This document shows positions 26,399 to 35,400 of a stretch of DNA of 43,806 nt, one piece after another; the stretch's first letter is position 1; every line of letters starts with the position of its first letter. The stretch comes from Nitrospira japonica (GTDB lineage Bacteria; Nitrospirota; Thermodesulfovibrionia; Thermodesulfovibrionales; SM23-35): positions 1-43,806 of the forward strand of contig DYFC01000055.1 of assembly GCA_020725385.1 (NCBI GenBank). The letters run 5' to 3'. Under the pieces are notes generated by a model. That model worked only from the letters and a program-made list of their open reading frames with translations. It had not been told where the DNA came from and ran no database searches. The position numbers were made by a program, and so were the translations under genes.

Positions 26399-26863
26399 AT
26401 GAGAGGGTTTCGTAGAAGTAAGAAATATGAAGATATGGTGCGGCAGCTTGCCGAAAAACCACATTCAATAGCTGGCAGGTCGATATTTCCCACCATGAGA
26501 GAATTGATGTGTTTTGCGGCTGTACTTGGATTCGAATTTGATAAACGAAAACCTTTGGATTCTGATACAAATGAAATTGATAGCAGAATCTTTTTAAATA
26601 GTGAGGTCGCTCTTGACCTTTTATATCTTATAGGGCTTGCTACAGAGAAAAGTGTGGATATTCTTAGAGAAGAAAATGAAGAAGAAATGATTCGAATATT
26701 TGAAGAGTATGCAGAAGGAGGATTTGAAATTCTTGAGACATGGCTACTGGAAAAACCAGAAGACACTAATGGGGACAATGCTATACTAACAGCTCTATTC
26801 AAGAATGGTTTTTTAGACATCCCCAGACCTATTGAGACCGCTGCGCCAGAGATTAATTTTTAA
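26399..26863 (+). CDS. DNA phosphorothioation-associated protein 4-like (PbeD-like by position)
   Basis: IFPTMRELMCFAAVLGF, IFEEYAEGGFEIL; directly after the ATPase. Confidence 0.72.
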   Translation: MRGFRRSKKYEDMVRQLAEKPHSIAGRSIFPTMRELMCFAAVLGFEFDKRKPLDSDTNEIDSRIFLNSEVALDLLYLIGLATEKSVDILREENEEEMIRIFEEYAEGGFEILETWLLEKPEDTNGDNAILTALFKNGFLDIPRPIETAAPEINF

Positions 26864-26864
26864 C

Positions 26865-29000
26865 ATGCTGCGTGAACTTAGTTTGAAGGCTGTCTATAGG
26901 TCCGACCAAGATAATATCCTCAAAGATTTCTATATTCCGGCCCTAAGTGTTTCAGTCCAGTATGACAGGGCTGTAGGTTTTTTTTCTGCCAGTATGCTGT
27001 CATACGCCGCTCAAGGCATATCTGCTTTTTTACAAAATAATGGTCATATGCGCTTGATAATTGGCGGAGAAATAGAGCCTGAAGACGAGTATGCTATACG
27101 TCAAGGATATAATTTACGAGATGTAGTTAATCGGTTAGGCCAGAAAATAATTTCAATTATAGACCATATTGATGACACTTTATTTTACAGGCGTATTGAG
27201 GCATTATCTTGGCTTGTTGCTAGCGGACATTTAGATATTAAAATTGCATTAAGAAAAAAGGGAATGTATCACGAAAAAATTGGTATTTTAACAGACAGAA
27301 ATAGTGACAGAATAGTATTCCAAGGTGCAGCTAATGAAACTGTAAATGCTTTACTTCCTGATTTCAACTTTGAATCAATAAATGTGTTTCAATGTTGGCG
27401 ACAAGAATTTACTGAGCACTTTATGCCTTACATAGTTGGGTTTGAGAATCTTTGGCAAAATCGTGCTCCAAATACCCTTGTACTTGATTTCCCAGAAGCG
27501 GCAAAAGAAAAATTGGTAAAGATTGCTAAAAAAGCGCACACTCCGTTGACAAGTCAAGTAGAGCTTGAGTTGTGGAATAAACTTACAAATAAAGATGATG
27601 GAAAGAATGTCGAACTTCTGCCGAAAATACCATTTTTATTAAATGGATATGAGTTTGAGATTAAAGCCCATCAAATTACAGGTCTAAATGCTTGGAAATC
27701 AAATGGTTTCAGGGGCATTTTAGCTCATGCGACAGGTTCTGGTAAAACAATCACATCAATATACGGGGCAATCAAGGTGTTTGAAGCCACAAACAAACTT
27801 TTTTTGATTATTGCGGTACCTTACCAAACTTTAGCTGACCAATGGTGCAGTATTTTAAGGGAGTTTAACATTTTTCCCATCCAGTGCTATGAAAATACCG
27901 ATAGATGGTTGTTAAAGTTGTCAGAGTTTGTAAGTTTATATGCACAAGGAGCCCTTAGGTTTGTTTGTGTAGTTGTCGTTAATAGAACATTGCAGTCAAA
28001 AGATTTCCAGCGATTAATAAGACAAGTTCCAGGTGAACATATGTTATGGATAGGAGATGAATGTCATTATCATGGCTCTTTAGGGTTTTCGAATGCTCTG
28101 CCGTCCCAAGCAAAACTAAGACTCGGTCTCTCCGCTACACCAGAGCACTATCTTAATAAAAGCATGAATGACCGTTTGCAAGACTTCTATGGTTCAATAG
28201 TACATACTTACAGTCTTCAAGATGCAATCAAAGAAGGTATTTTATCACCATATTTTTATTATATTGAACCTGTAGATTTAACTGAATATGAGGCAGAAAA
28301 ATACTACGAGCTAAGCGGAAAGATTTCCCAATTGATGGCTCAAAATAATGAAGACTCTATATATATGTCTGATAATAGCCAACTAAATTTTTTACTGTTT
28401 CAGCGTGCTAGACTGCTGGGACATGCTACAAATAAAATTAATGCGTTAAGAAATCTTCTCAGAAATAAGAAGCCAACACCATTAACACTGTTCTACTGTG
28501 GTGATGGTAGCACCGAAGATGAAGATGGCACAGAAACAACCCAGCTTGATTTAGTGACTAAGACGTTATATGATTTGGGCTGGAAATGTTCACGTTTCAC
28601 TTCTCATGAGAAAAGAGAGGAGCGCGAAACATTACTAAATCATTTTAGAATAGGCACAATTGATGCGTTAGTTGCAATAAGATGTCTAGATGAGGGGATC
28701 GATATTCCTGCCTGTCGTACTGCTTATATATTGGCTAGCAGCAGAAACCCGAAACAATTTGTACAACGCCGTGGAAGGATCTTACGTCGCTCTCCTGGGA
28801 AGGAATCTGCTGAAATATATGACTTTTTTGTTAAGCTTCCTGAAAATATCGCTAATAACAATCAATATGAGCGTTCCCTTATTTCTGCAGAACTTAAACG
28901 AGTTTCAGAATTTGTTCAGCTTTCGGAAAACCCAACTGATTCGATAACATCTCTTAGTGAACTGTTGCAGAAATATGATTTAACGCATTTGCTCTTTTAG
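26865..29000 (+). CDS. pbeA: PLD-nuclease plus SF2 helicase, PT-system restriction-type effector (PbeA-like)
   Basis: YDRAVGFFS, YHEKIGILTD, GAANET, ATGSGKT, DECH, SAT, LDEGIDIP, QRRGRILR; ATG 26865 preferred over 26832. Confidence 0.82.
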   Translation: MLRELSLKAVYRSDQDNILKDFYIPALSVSVQYDRAVGFFSASMLSYAAQGISAFLQNNGHMRLIIGGEIEPEDEYAIRQGYNLRDVVNRLGQKIISIIDHIDDTLFYRRIEALSWLVASGHLDIKIALRKKGMYHEKIGILTDRNSDRIVFQGAANETVNALLPDFNFESINVFQCWRQEFTEHFMPYIVGFENLWQNRAPNTLVLDFPEAAKEKLVKIAKKAHTPLTSQVELELWNKLTNKDDGKNVELLPKIPFLLNGYEFEIKAHQITGLNAWKSNGFRGILAHATGSGKTITSIYGAIKVFEATNKLFLIIAVPYQTLADQWCSILREFNIFPIQCYENTDRWLLKLSEFVSLYAQGALRFVCVVVVNRTLQSKDFQRLIRQVPGEHMLWIGDECHYHGSLGFSNALPSQAKLRLGLSATPEHYLNKSMNDRLQDFYGSIVHTYSLQDAIKEGILSPYFYYIEPVDLTEYEAEKYYELSGKISQLMAQNNEDSIYMSDNSQLNFLLFQRARLLGHATNKINALRNLLRNKKPTPLTLFYCGDGSTEDEDGTETTQLDLVTKTLYDLGWKCSRFTSHEKREERETLLNHFRIGTIDALVAIRCLDEGIDIPACRTAYILASSRNPKQFVQRRGRILRRSPGKESAEIYDFFVKLPENIANNNQYERSLISAELKRVSEFVQLSENPTDSITSLSELLQKYDLTHLLF

Positions 29001-29018
29001 AAAAATCTTTACCTTCAC

Positions 29019-29375
29019 CTAATACCTCTTTTTCTTCTCCACAACCTTACATATTATACGGTATTGTTGTGTTTTTGTCAGTTCAATATCCGGATAGTTC
29101 GGGCTCAGGGGGTGGAGGATTCTGGCCTTACCGTATTTTTTCATTTGTTTGAAGACTGCTTCGTCCTCGGAGTTTTTGAGGACGACGTAATCACCGTGAT
29201 CTGGCTTTATATGCGGATTTCCGATGATGATGTCACCGTCCCTGAATTCGGGTTCCATGGAATCACCTCTCACTCTCAATGCAAATAAGTTCTTCCCTTT
29301 TGCATCGCTCTCGATCCACTCCTCTACTTCCTCTTCGTACGCTTTGCTCTGACGACCTCGTGAGATGACACATTT
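29019..29375 (-). pseudogene. LexA/CI-like S24 peptidase C-terminal remnant lacking the HTH
   Basis: EEWIESDAKGKNLFALRVRGDSMEP...AVFKQ; no proper start upstream. Confidence 0.75.
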
Positions 29376-29469
29376 GGCACGATTATGGCACGATTAAGAA
29401 ATGTCCCCTTTGGCCCCTTTGCGGCCCCTTTCATTCGCGTGGCCCCTTTGGCCCCTTTATGGCCCCTTT
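29376..29469. repeat. Short GC-rich tandem repeats
   Basis: TGGCACGATTA x2; several TGGCCCCTT-like units encoding KGAIKGPKGP. Confidence 0.7.
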
Positions 29470-29805
29470 AGTCAAACAATAATATACGCCCTTGCCCGTT
29501 GTCCCAACTTTCTTGATAATTCCTTTAGTAATCAACTCGTCGAGATCGCGAGATGCAGTCCTTTTTGCAACAGAATATTCGTCCTGATACTCTGAGTTTG
29601 TTATCTTTCCATGTATTTTTAAGTAGCTAATGGCTTTTATCTGCCGCTCATTCAGTTTGAACGCGGCCAGTACCTTGTCTGTCAGCCAGTCCCGCCAGAC
29701 TGTGATTGTAAATTCTCCGCCTCGCTGCATGAAATCAGGCTCCGGCAGAGCATGTGCAACGCACTCCCTAATCATCATGAGGGTGCTTGTTCTATATCTG
29801 TCCAA
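29431..29805 (-). pseudogene. C-terminal remnant of a RecG-C/HATPase plus wHTH regulator
   Basis: LPEPDF...LNERQ..GKITNSEYQ..TASRDLDEL..GTTGKGVYY; N-terminal domains absent. Confidence 0.65.
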
Positions 29806-29870
29806 GTAATCACATCCACTAAGAGAAATTCCATCTTACCTAATTCATTACCCATTTAAATAAATATTAC

Positions 29871-30187
29871 CTATTTCCTTTCCCATTGGGCATTCTGCCC
29901 CCTTCAAAGGCACACAACCTGCCCGCCTTCACGAAGTTTCTTTAAAACCTGCCGTATCATGTCCACGCTTACACCCGGACATTCTCTTTGAATGTCGGCG
30001 ATTCGGAAAGGCCAGATAGTCTTTTTTATTGCTGACGTAATCAACTCTGTCTTTGTGCCTTTCGGTGACCTTAATTACCCGACACGTTCTTCAAACTCGT
30101 GGTAAGTGGTCTTGAGAGTGTAAAGAACATAATTGATATAAGGCCAGGGGTCGTTTTTCCCTCACGCCTTGCCCTGATGAACTCTCC
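29871..30187 (-). pseudogene. Fic-family protein C-terminal remnant
   Basis: DPWPYINYVLYTLKTTYHEFEERVG*...CPGVSVDMIRQVLKKLREGGQVVCL*RGQNAQWERK*; in-frame stops at 30075-30077 and 29904-29906. Confidence 0.65.
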
Positions 30188-30290
30188 TACGGTTTTTATG
30201 ATATTAAATATAGTTCAATTAAAAGTGTTGTCAAAGGACAATTCTTTCACATTGACCGAAAATAATATCAATATAATTAGTTGATTTTAC

Positions 30291-30365
30291 TGGAGCCGGT
30301 GGGGGGAGTCGAACCCCCGGCCAGATGATTACGAATCAGCTGCTCTGCCTCTGAGCTACACCGGC
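30291..30365 (-). tRNA. tRNA-Thr (CGT)
   Basis: GCCGGTG/CACCGGC acceptor stem, GCTC/GAGC D arm, loop TTCGTAA, GGGGG-TTCGACT-CCCCC, encoded CCA. Confidence 0.96.
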
Positions 30366-30424
30366 ATTTAAAATATAAATATTATTTTGATTCTAATTTA
30401 TTTAAAGATAACCTTGCAAGTTTC

Positions 30425-30461
30425 AAAAAAAGAGGGAGAAAGCTTTATTTGCTTTCTCCCT
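30425..30461 (-). terminator. Intrinsic terminator after the second porin
   Basis: AGGGAGAAAGC/GCTTTCTCCCT 11-bp stem followed by a T-run on the minus strand. Confidence 0.85.
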
Positions 30462-30511
30462 TATCCTAAATTGGGGAGTCAGGATTGAAGCATGCTTAAT
30501 TCATTTGTTAC

Positions 30512-31972
30512 CTAAAACTGTGCATAAACACCTAAATACCAAACTAAAGTTGAGTCTTCCCATTTCTTAGTTTTGAAGTATGCCTTTAACGCATCATCAG
30601 CTTTTACATAATCAGCACCTATTCCAACCCTTGTGGCATCATTAAACCAGTAAGATAAACAAGTTCCATAACGCTGATAAACAATGTCTTTTTTGTTTAC
30701 TCCTTCTGCAGTTTTATATTCTCCATCAATATTTACATATTCATATCTTACACCTATACCGGGAAATCCCATCCATATCTTTTCACCATAAATAAGATGG
30801 GCGTCTGCATAACCGGTCCAGGCACCACCTTTTTCATAACCATCATTAGTTTGATAAAAGTGTGTATTATCGAAATTCATGTAACCAAGTTCTAATCCGG
30901 TGATATACTTCTTACCAAAAGTCTTCTCAAATGAAAAATCAGCAGCCCATGCATCCCTGCTCAGAGAAGAATCACCATATTTAGATTGGTCAGCTCCGTT
31001 TAAATGTTTTTCGTGGTGGTATCCGATACCAAATGTCATGGTATCCATCTTACCAAGGTAGGTCTGTCTTACCCTTAAAGATGGATCAGAAACAGTTCCT
31101 TCAGATTTAAAACCAAGCATTGTAGGAGTAAATTCTATTCTTGCGTCATATTCTAATCCTCTTTTATCTTTAACAGATTCTCCGGTTACTATACTTGCAT
31201 CGCCAAATCCTCCGCTTAAATTCCAGACCTTATTAGATTTCGACCTATCTTCATTAGCCAGAGCTACATAATATTTAAACATGCCATCTTTTATTGACCC
31301 TGCAACAACAGCCTCATAATCATTTCTTTTAAAAGGTTGTGAAGATCTATAACCTCCTGCATACGGGTCCACAGCTCTTAAAGCATCTTTAAATTGAGTA
31401 GGAAGAAAATAATTTCCATCACTTGACATAACAGGACTTTGATGTCGGGCTACAAATTGATGTCTGCTGAATGGAACTCTTGTTTGGCCTAACTTTACTA
31501 CAAGTTCAGGTAGAAAACTAAACTGGACAGCACCTTCCCATAATTTAACAGCATAATCTTCACTTTCATTGGCATCGATCATGCCGTAAAATTGAATAAA
31601 TTTGCCATACTCACCTTTTGCGGTAAGCCTTAACTTATAAATCTCGAAATAATTATTTCTGTAATCGTGTTCTTTATCCTCGTCTCTATTCAGATAAAAA
31701 GCTCTAATCTGAGCAGATAGCTCAGCTTTAGGTAACTTTTTTTCTACCTTGTCAGTTATTTTTTCAACCTCGATAACTTTTTTCTCAGTCTCAACAGCTT
31801 TTGTAGCTGTTTCTGTCTGCTTCTTTTCAAGATCTTCTATTCTCTTAAGAAGTTTCTGAACCTCAGATTTGAGTTGATCGACTTCCTTTGAAGAGTCAGC
31901 TGCTAATACAGGCATGACTGATAAAGAAAGCAAGAAAAGAAATGCAAACAAAAAACCCCATACCCGTTTCAT
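30512..31972 (-). CDS. Outer-membrane porin with N-terminal coiled coil (OprO/P-superfamily-like)
   Basis: Signal peptide, coiled coil, FEIYKLRL, LGQTRVPFSR, C-terminal GVYAQF; SD GGAGGT. Confidence 0.75.
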   Translation of the reverse strand: MKRVWGFLFAFLFLLSLSVMPVLAADSSKEVDQLKSEVQKLLKRIEDLEKKQTETATKAVETEKKVIEVEKITDKVEKKLPKAELSAQIRAFYLNRDEDKEHDYRNNYFEIYKLRLTAKGEYGKFIQFYGMIDANESEDYAVKLWEGAVQFSFLPELVVKLGQTRVPFSRHQFVARHQSPVMSSDGNYFLPTQFKDALRAVDPYAGGYRSSQPFKRNDYEAVVAGSIKDGMFKYYVALANEDRSKSNKVWNLSGGFGDASIVTGESVKDKRGLEYDARIEFTPTMLGFKSEGTVSDPSLRVRQTYLGKMDTMTFGIGYHHEKHLNGADQSKYGDSSLSRDAWAADFSFEKTFGKKYITGLELGYMNFDNTHFYQTNDGYEKGGAWTGYADAHLIYGEKIWMGFPGIGVRYEYVNIDGEYKTAEGVNKKDIVYQRYGTCLSYWFNDATRVGIGADYVKADDALKAYFKTKKWEDSTLVWYLGVYAQF

Positions 31973-32129
31973 AACTTAACCTCCTTTTTTGAATTATTTT
32001 TTATCTGCAACCCGCAGAGTTTCCAAACTTCAAGTAATCAATATACTGTTTTTCAAAACTATAGATTATACAATAATCTAAAACTTTATGTGCTTATTAT
32101 TTCATATCTTTATAATCTTTACAATTATA

Positions 32130-32145
32130 AGCAATAATTGTACCA
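32130..32145 (-). promoter_or_regulatory. Sigma54 -24/-12 promoter
   Basis: Sense TGGTAC-AATTA-TTGCT, near consensus TGGCAC-N5-TTGCW. Confidence 0.75.
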
Positions 32146-32291
32146 AATTAAAAACTCTTTATTAATACATGGTTTTCTTTGAAATTGTCTTCTAAGGTGA
32201 AACAATATGAGGCGGTTACATATTTTATTTAAGAAAATTAGAGATAATATATGGTGCAATAATAAGTTACTAAGAAATAATTTATTGCATA

Positions 32292-33605
32292 CTAATAGCC
32301 TGGCTTTGAAATAGATGCAGCATATTCATCAAGTCTTTCCCCGTGAAAAATAATGTCAGGAGTCATAACACTATTAGACCTTGCTATTGAAATAAAGATG
32401 CCTTCACTAAAAATAATCCCTATATCAGCAATATATTTCTTCCCTGGCAGGACATCAATATATATATCATCAATTCTTTGTGTTACTTTCTTTTCCATAA
32501 ACAATGGCAATTCGTCACATTCAGGGTCTTTATCAGTTATATCATATATTTTTAATGATAATTCTCCTTTGAAAATTTTGAGGGTATCCTCTTTCACTTC
32601 CCAAAAAGCAAAAATTTTATAAGGATCAACAATAATTAAAGTTATTCCGTTTTCACCATATTCTGAAGGCAAGGTCTCAATAGGAGATACAGGATGTTTG
32701 ATTATTTCTTCTTTTTTCTCCGGTTCTTTTCTTTCGGGCATCTTTTCTTCAATTTGTGTTGCGCTTATTTTGATTTCCTTGACCGGTTCTTTTAGAGTAG
32801 TCTTTTTACCTTTTTTGATAAGGGGTATTTCTTTAATTTTTTTCTTTTTTCCTATTTTTTGTTTTTCTTTGACCTTTTTTTCTTCTTTTATTTTTATAAT
32901 TTTTGGAGGTTGGGGCACTTCTATTTTACTACTTTTTACTTCTTTTTCTTCTATCTTTTTTACTCCTGTTTTCTCTATTTTTTTTGCTTTTTTTCCTGGC
33001 TCTTTGACAAGTTTTTTTGTTCCTGTCTTCTTTTCTTCTTTCAGAAGCTTTTCTTTTTTAACTTCTGTCCTTTGAGGAATTGATATTTTTCCTACTCCGG
33101 CTTTTTTCAGGTTTACTGAAGGTGCTTGTTTTTTAGAAGATATAACTTCTTTTTTTGCTTTTGGGATAGTCAAAACTTTTTTTTCAGTTTTTTTGACTTC
33201 CGGTTCTTTCTTTACTTCTTTCTTAACTGTAATGTATTTTTTGATTTGGCCAGTTTTATGTAGAGATTTTTTTTCTTTTTTCAATTTCTCCTGTTTTTTA
33301 ACCTTTGGGTTAGGAGATTTTTTTATAGTCTCTGTTTTAGCCTTTTTTACAGCAGTTTTTGGTTTAGATATACGCTTGATTTTTTTTGTAGAAATAGTTT
33401 TCTGTATTTTTGCAGGCTTACCCTTTTCTTTTTTTGCTTTAACAACAGCAGAAACATTTTTCTCAATTTTTCTGGAAGTCTTTTTAGAAGTCTGCTTTTT
33501 TGTTTCTACAAGAGATTTTTTAGAAGATGTTTTACTTTGTGCTTTTGTTTTACTTACAGACTTTTCTTTATTAGTAGATTTTTTAACAGGAGATTTTTTC
33601 TTCAT
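32292..33605 (-). CDS. DUF4912-domain protein with a long Lys-rich low-complexity N-terminus
   Basis: LPSEYGENGITLIIVDPYKIFAFWEV...IARSNSVMTP; SD GGAGGT favours ATG 33605. Confidence 0.8.
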   Translation of the reverse strand: MKKKSPVKKSTNKEKSVSKTKAQSKTSSKKSLVETKKQTSKKTSRKIEKNVSAVVKAKKEKGKPAKIQKTISTKKIKRISKPKTAVKKAKTETIKKSPNPKVKKQEKLKKEKKSLHKTGQIKKYITVKKEVKKEPEVKKTEKKVLTIPKAKKEVISSKKQAPSVNLKKAGVGKISIPQRTEVKKEKLLKEEKKTGTKKLVKEPGKKAKKIEKTGVKKIEEKEVKSSKIEVPQPPKIIKIKEEKKVKEKQKIGKKKKIKEIPLIKKGKKTTLKEPVKEIKISATQIEEKMPERKEPEKKEEIIKHPVSPIETLPSEYGENGITLIIVDPYKIFAFWEVKEDTLKIFKGELSLKIYDITDKDPECDELPLFMEKKVTQRIDDIYIDVLPGKKYIADIGIIFSEGIFISIARSNSVMTPDIIFHGERLDEYAASISKPGY

Positions 33606-33710
33606 CAATCACCTCCAGAATTAATTGCTATATTTTAACAAAATTCATGATTTTTACAAGCGTTATCTTTATATTTAAATATATATCTTCTTAAGTTATA
33701 ATCATTTGTT

Positions 33711-34544
33711 ATGGACAAGTTAGTTAGCATACGCATGAGGGCTTCAAGAGAAATAAGTCCAAAAAAGCTTAAAGGCAAAGAAAAACAATCTGATCTTCAT
33801 ATTTCAGGAGCTGAAGGCATATATAAACCCGATGATATACATAAAATAGTTAAAGGTTACATAGAAAGAGCATTAAGTCATTCAAAGGGCAAACCTGATA
33901 AAATTGTTATTACTATTGAAAAAATCAAAATCAAACCTTTATATATAAAATCATTGCCGGTTGCAACCTTAAAAATAGATACAGTTAGTGAGGCCAGGTC
34001 AATCGTTTCTAAGTTGCTTATTTCTTTTGGTGTCTCCCTTAAGGCAATAAACTCTGCTTTCAAAGTTCTCTATCAAGGAAATATGAGAGGAGCTGCCATA
34101 ATTTCTTCTACAAGTGGAAGAAGGTTTGATAATGACAAAGTTAGAGGAATAAGAGTCTCAAGAATAGGGATAACAAAAGAAGCTAAAAAAAAGCTTTCCC
34201 GTAAGCTTAATAAATTTAGCATTAATAATGAAACTGTAAAAGAGGCGATTATTCTTGCATCCAAAGTAGCTTCTTCTAAAGATATTATAGCCGAGTTATG
34301 TATTTCAGATGACCCTGATTATACAACCGGTTATGTTTCGTCATCAACATATGGTTATCTGAGGATTCCCCGTATCAAAAGAAAAAATGTCAAGAGTGGG
34401 GGGAGAGTTTTTTTTGTAAAAGAAGGAACAAATATTCAAAAAATAACAGATTATCTTGAAAGAGCACCTGTCATTATAAACAAGATTTCTTATTGCAGAG
34501 GAAAAATTGAATTAAATGAAATCATCCGTAATTCTAATAAATAA
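33711..34544 (+). CDS. bioW: 6-carboxyhexanoate--CoA ligase
   Basis: SIRMRAS, HISGAE, ELCISDDPDYTTGYV, GGRVFFV. Confidence 0.93.
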   Translation: MDKLVSIRMRASREISPKKLKGKEKQSDLHISGAEGIYKPDDIHKIVKGYIERALSHSKGKPDKIVITIEKIKIKPLYIKSLPVATLKIDTVSEARSIVSKLLISFGVSLKAINSAFKVLYQGNMRGAAIISSTSGRRFDNDKVRGIRVSRIGITKEAKKKLSRKLNKFSINNETVKEAIILASKVASSKDIIAELCISDDPDYTTGYVSSSTYGYLRIPRIKRKNVKSGGRVFFVKEGTNIQKITDYLERAPVIINKISYCRGKIELNEIIRNSNK

Positions 34545-35400
34545 TCCTGTTGCCAAAAAATCATCCCAAAATAAAATAAGGCAGGCTTGCGATATATTCA
34601 TGTCAGGAGGTTTTTCTGTAAAAGTTCTTATAACAAAACAGAAAGGTGATGCTGAAAATTTTGCACGTGATTCACTTAAAGAAAAGCCTACTATGATTGT
34701 TGCAGCAGGTGGTGATGGTACGGTTAATGAAATAGCAAATGGAATAGCTGGTTCAGAAATACCACTTGCAATTCTTCCACTTGGAACTACCAATGTCCTT
34801 GCAAAAGAAATTGGCATACCAGAGAACGTTAAAAACTCTGTTCACATTGCAATGCAGAAATCTTTTAGAAAAATTTCACTTGGCAAAATAACACTGACAG
34901 ATTCTCCTTTTATAAAAAGATATTTTATTCTTATGGCCGGGATAGGTTATGATGGAGAAACTGTCTACAACATCAATCAAAACATCAAGAAGATAACAGG
35001 AAAAGGTGCATATATATTTAGTGGTATTAAGACGTTGTTTAAGTGGAATCAAAAAGAGCTTAAGTTTTTAATTAATGACAAGAATTATCTTGCTTATTCT
35101 GCAATTATAGGCAAAGCATCAAAATATGCAGGAAATTTTCATGTAACACCTGATGTAAAACTTACAGAACCTTTTTTTCAGATAGCTTTATTTAAAGGCA
35201 ACAGCAAATTAGATATGTTTCGATACATAACAGGCATCATTACAGGAAATCTATTAAAAATGAAAGATGTTGAATTTATAAAAACTAAAGATATTACGAT
35301 TGATGGAAGTGCCCATATTCAAATTGATGGTGATTATTTTGGAAAGACTCCTGCAAAGATCGAAATTGAAAAAGATGCTCTTAGATTAATTTATCCTTGA
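34516..35400 (+). CDS. Diacylglycerol-kinase-family lipid kinase (YegS/DgkB-like)
   Basis: NPVA, GGDGTVNE, LPLGTTNVLA, MAGIGYD, QIDGD. Confidence 0.92.
   Translation: MKSSVILINNPVAKKSSQNKIRQACDIFMSGGFSVKVLITKQKGDAENFARDSLKEKPTMIVAAGGDGTVNEIANGIAGSEIPLAILPLGTTNVLAKEIGIPENVKNSVHIAMQKSFRKISLGKITLTDSPFIKRYFILMAGIGYDGETVYNINQNIKKITGKGAYIFSGIKTLFKWNQKELKFLINDKNYLAYSAIIGKASKYAGNFHVTPDVKLTEPFFQIALFKGNSKLDMFRYITGIITGNLLKMKDVEFIKTKDITIDGSAHIQIDGDYFGKTPAKIEIEKDALRLIYP

Larger units (their letters stand above)
16048..30323. mobile_element. tRNA-Thr-integrated genomic (defence) island, about 14.3 kb, no site-specific integrase
   Basis: Bounded by att repeats; contains TA, IS, dnd/pbe genes and several pseudogenes. 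Confidence 0.88.

Noticed and set aside
31975-32120. Riboswitch in the porin leader
   Set aside because: Only a weak AT-rich hairpin (TAGATTAT/ATAATCTA); no aptamer recognised.
32698-33624. Phe-rich plus-strand ORFs as membrane proteins
   Set aside because: Antisense shadows of the Lys-rich (AAA/AAG) gene.
34516-35400. Lipid kinase as a member of the lipid-remodelling module
   Set aside because: About 24 kb away, coupled to bioW and without a Pho box; no sequence support.
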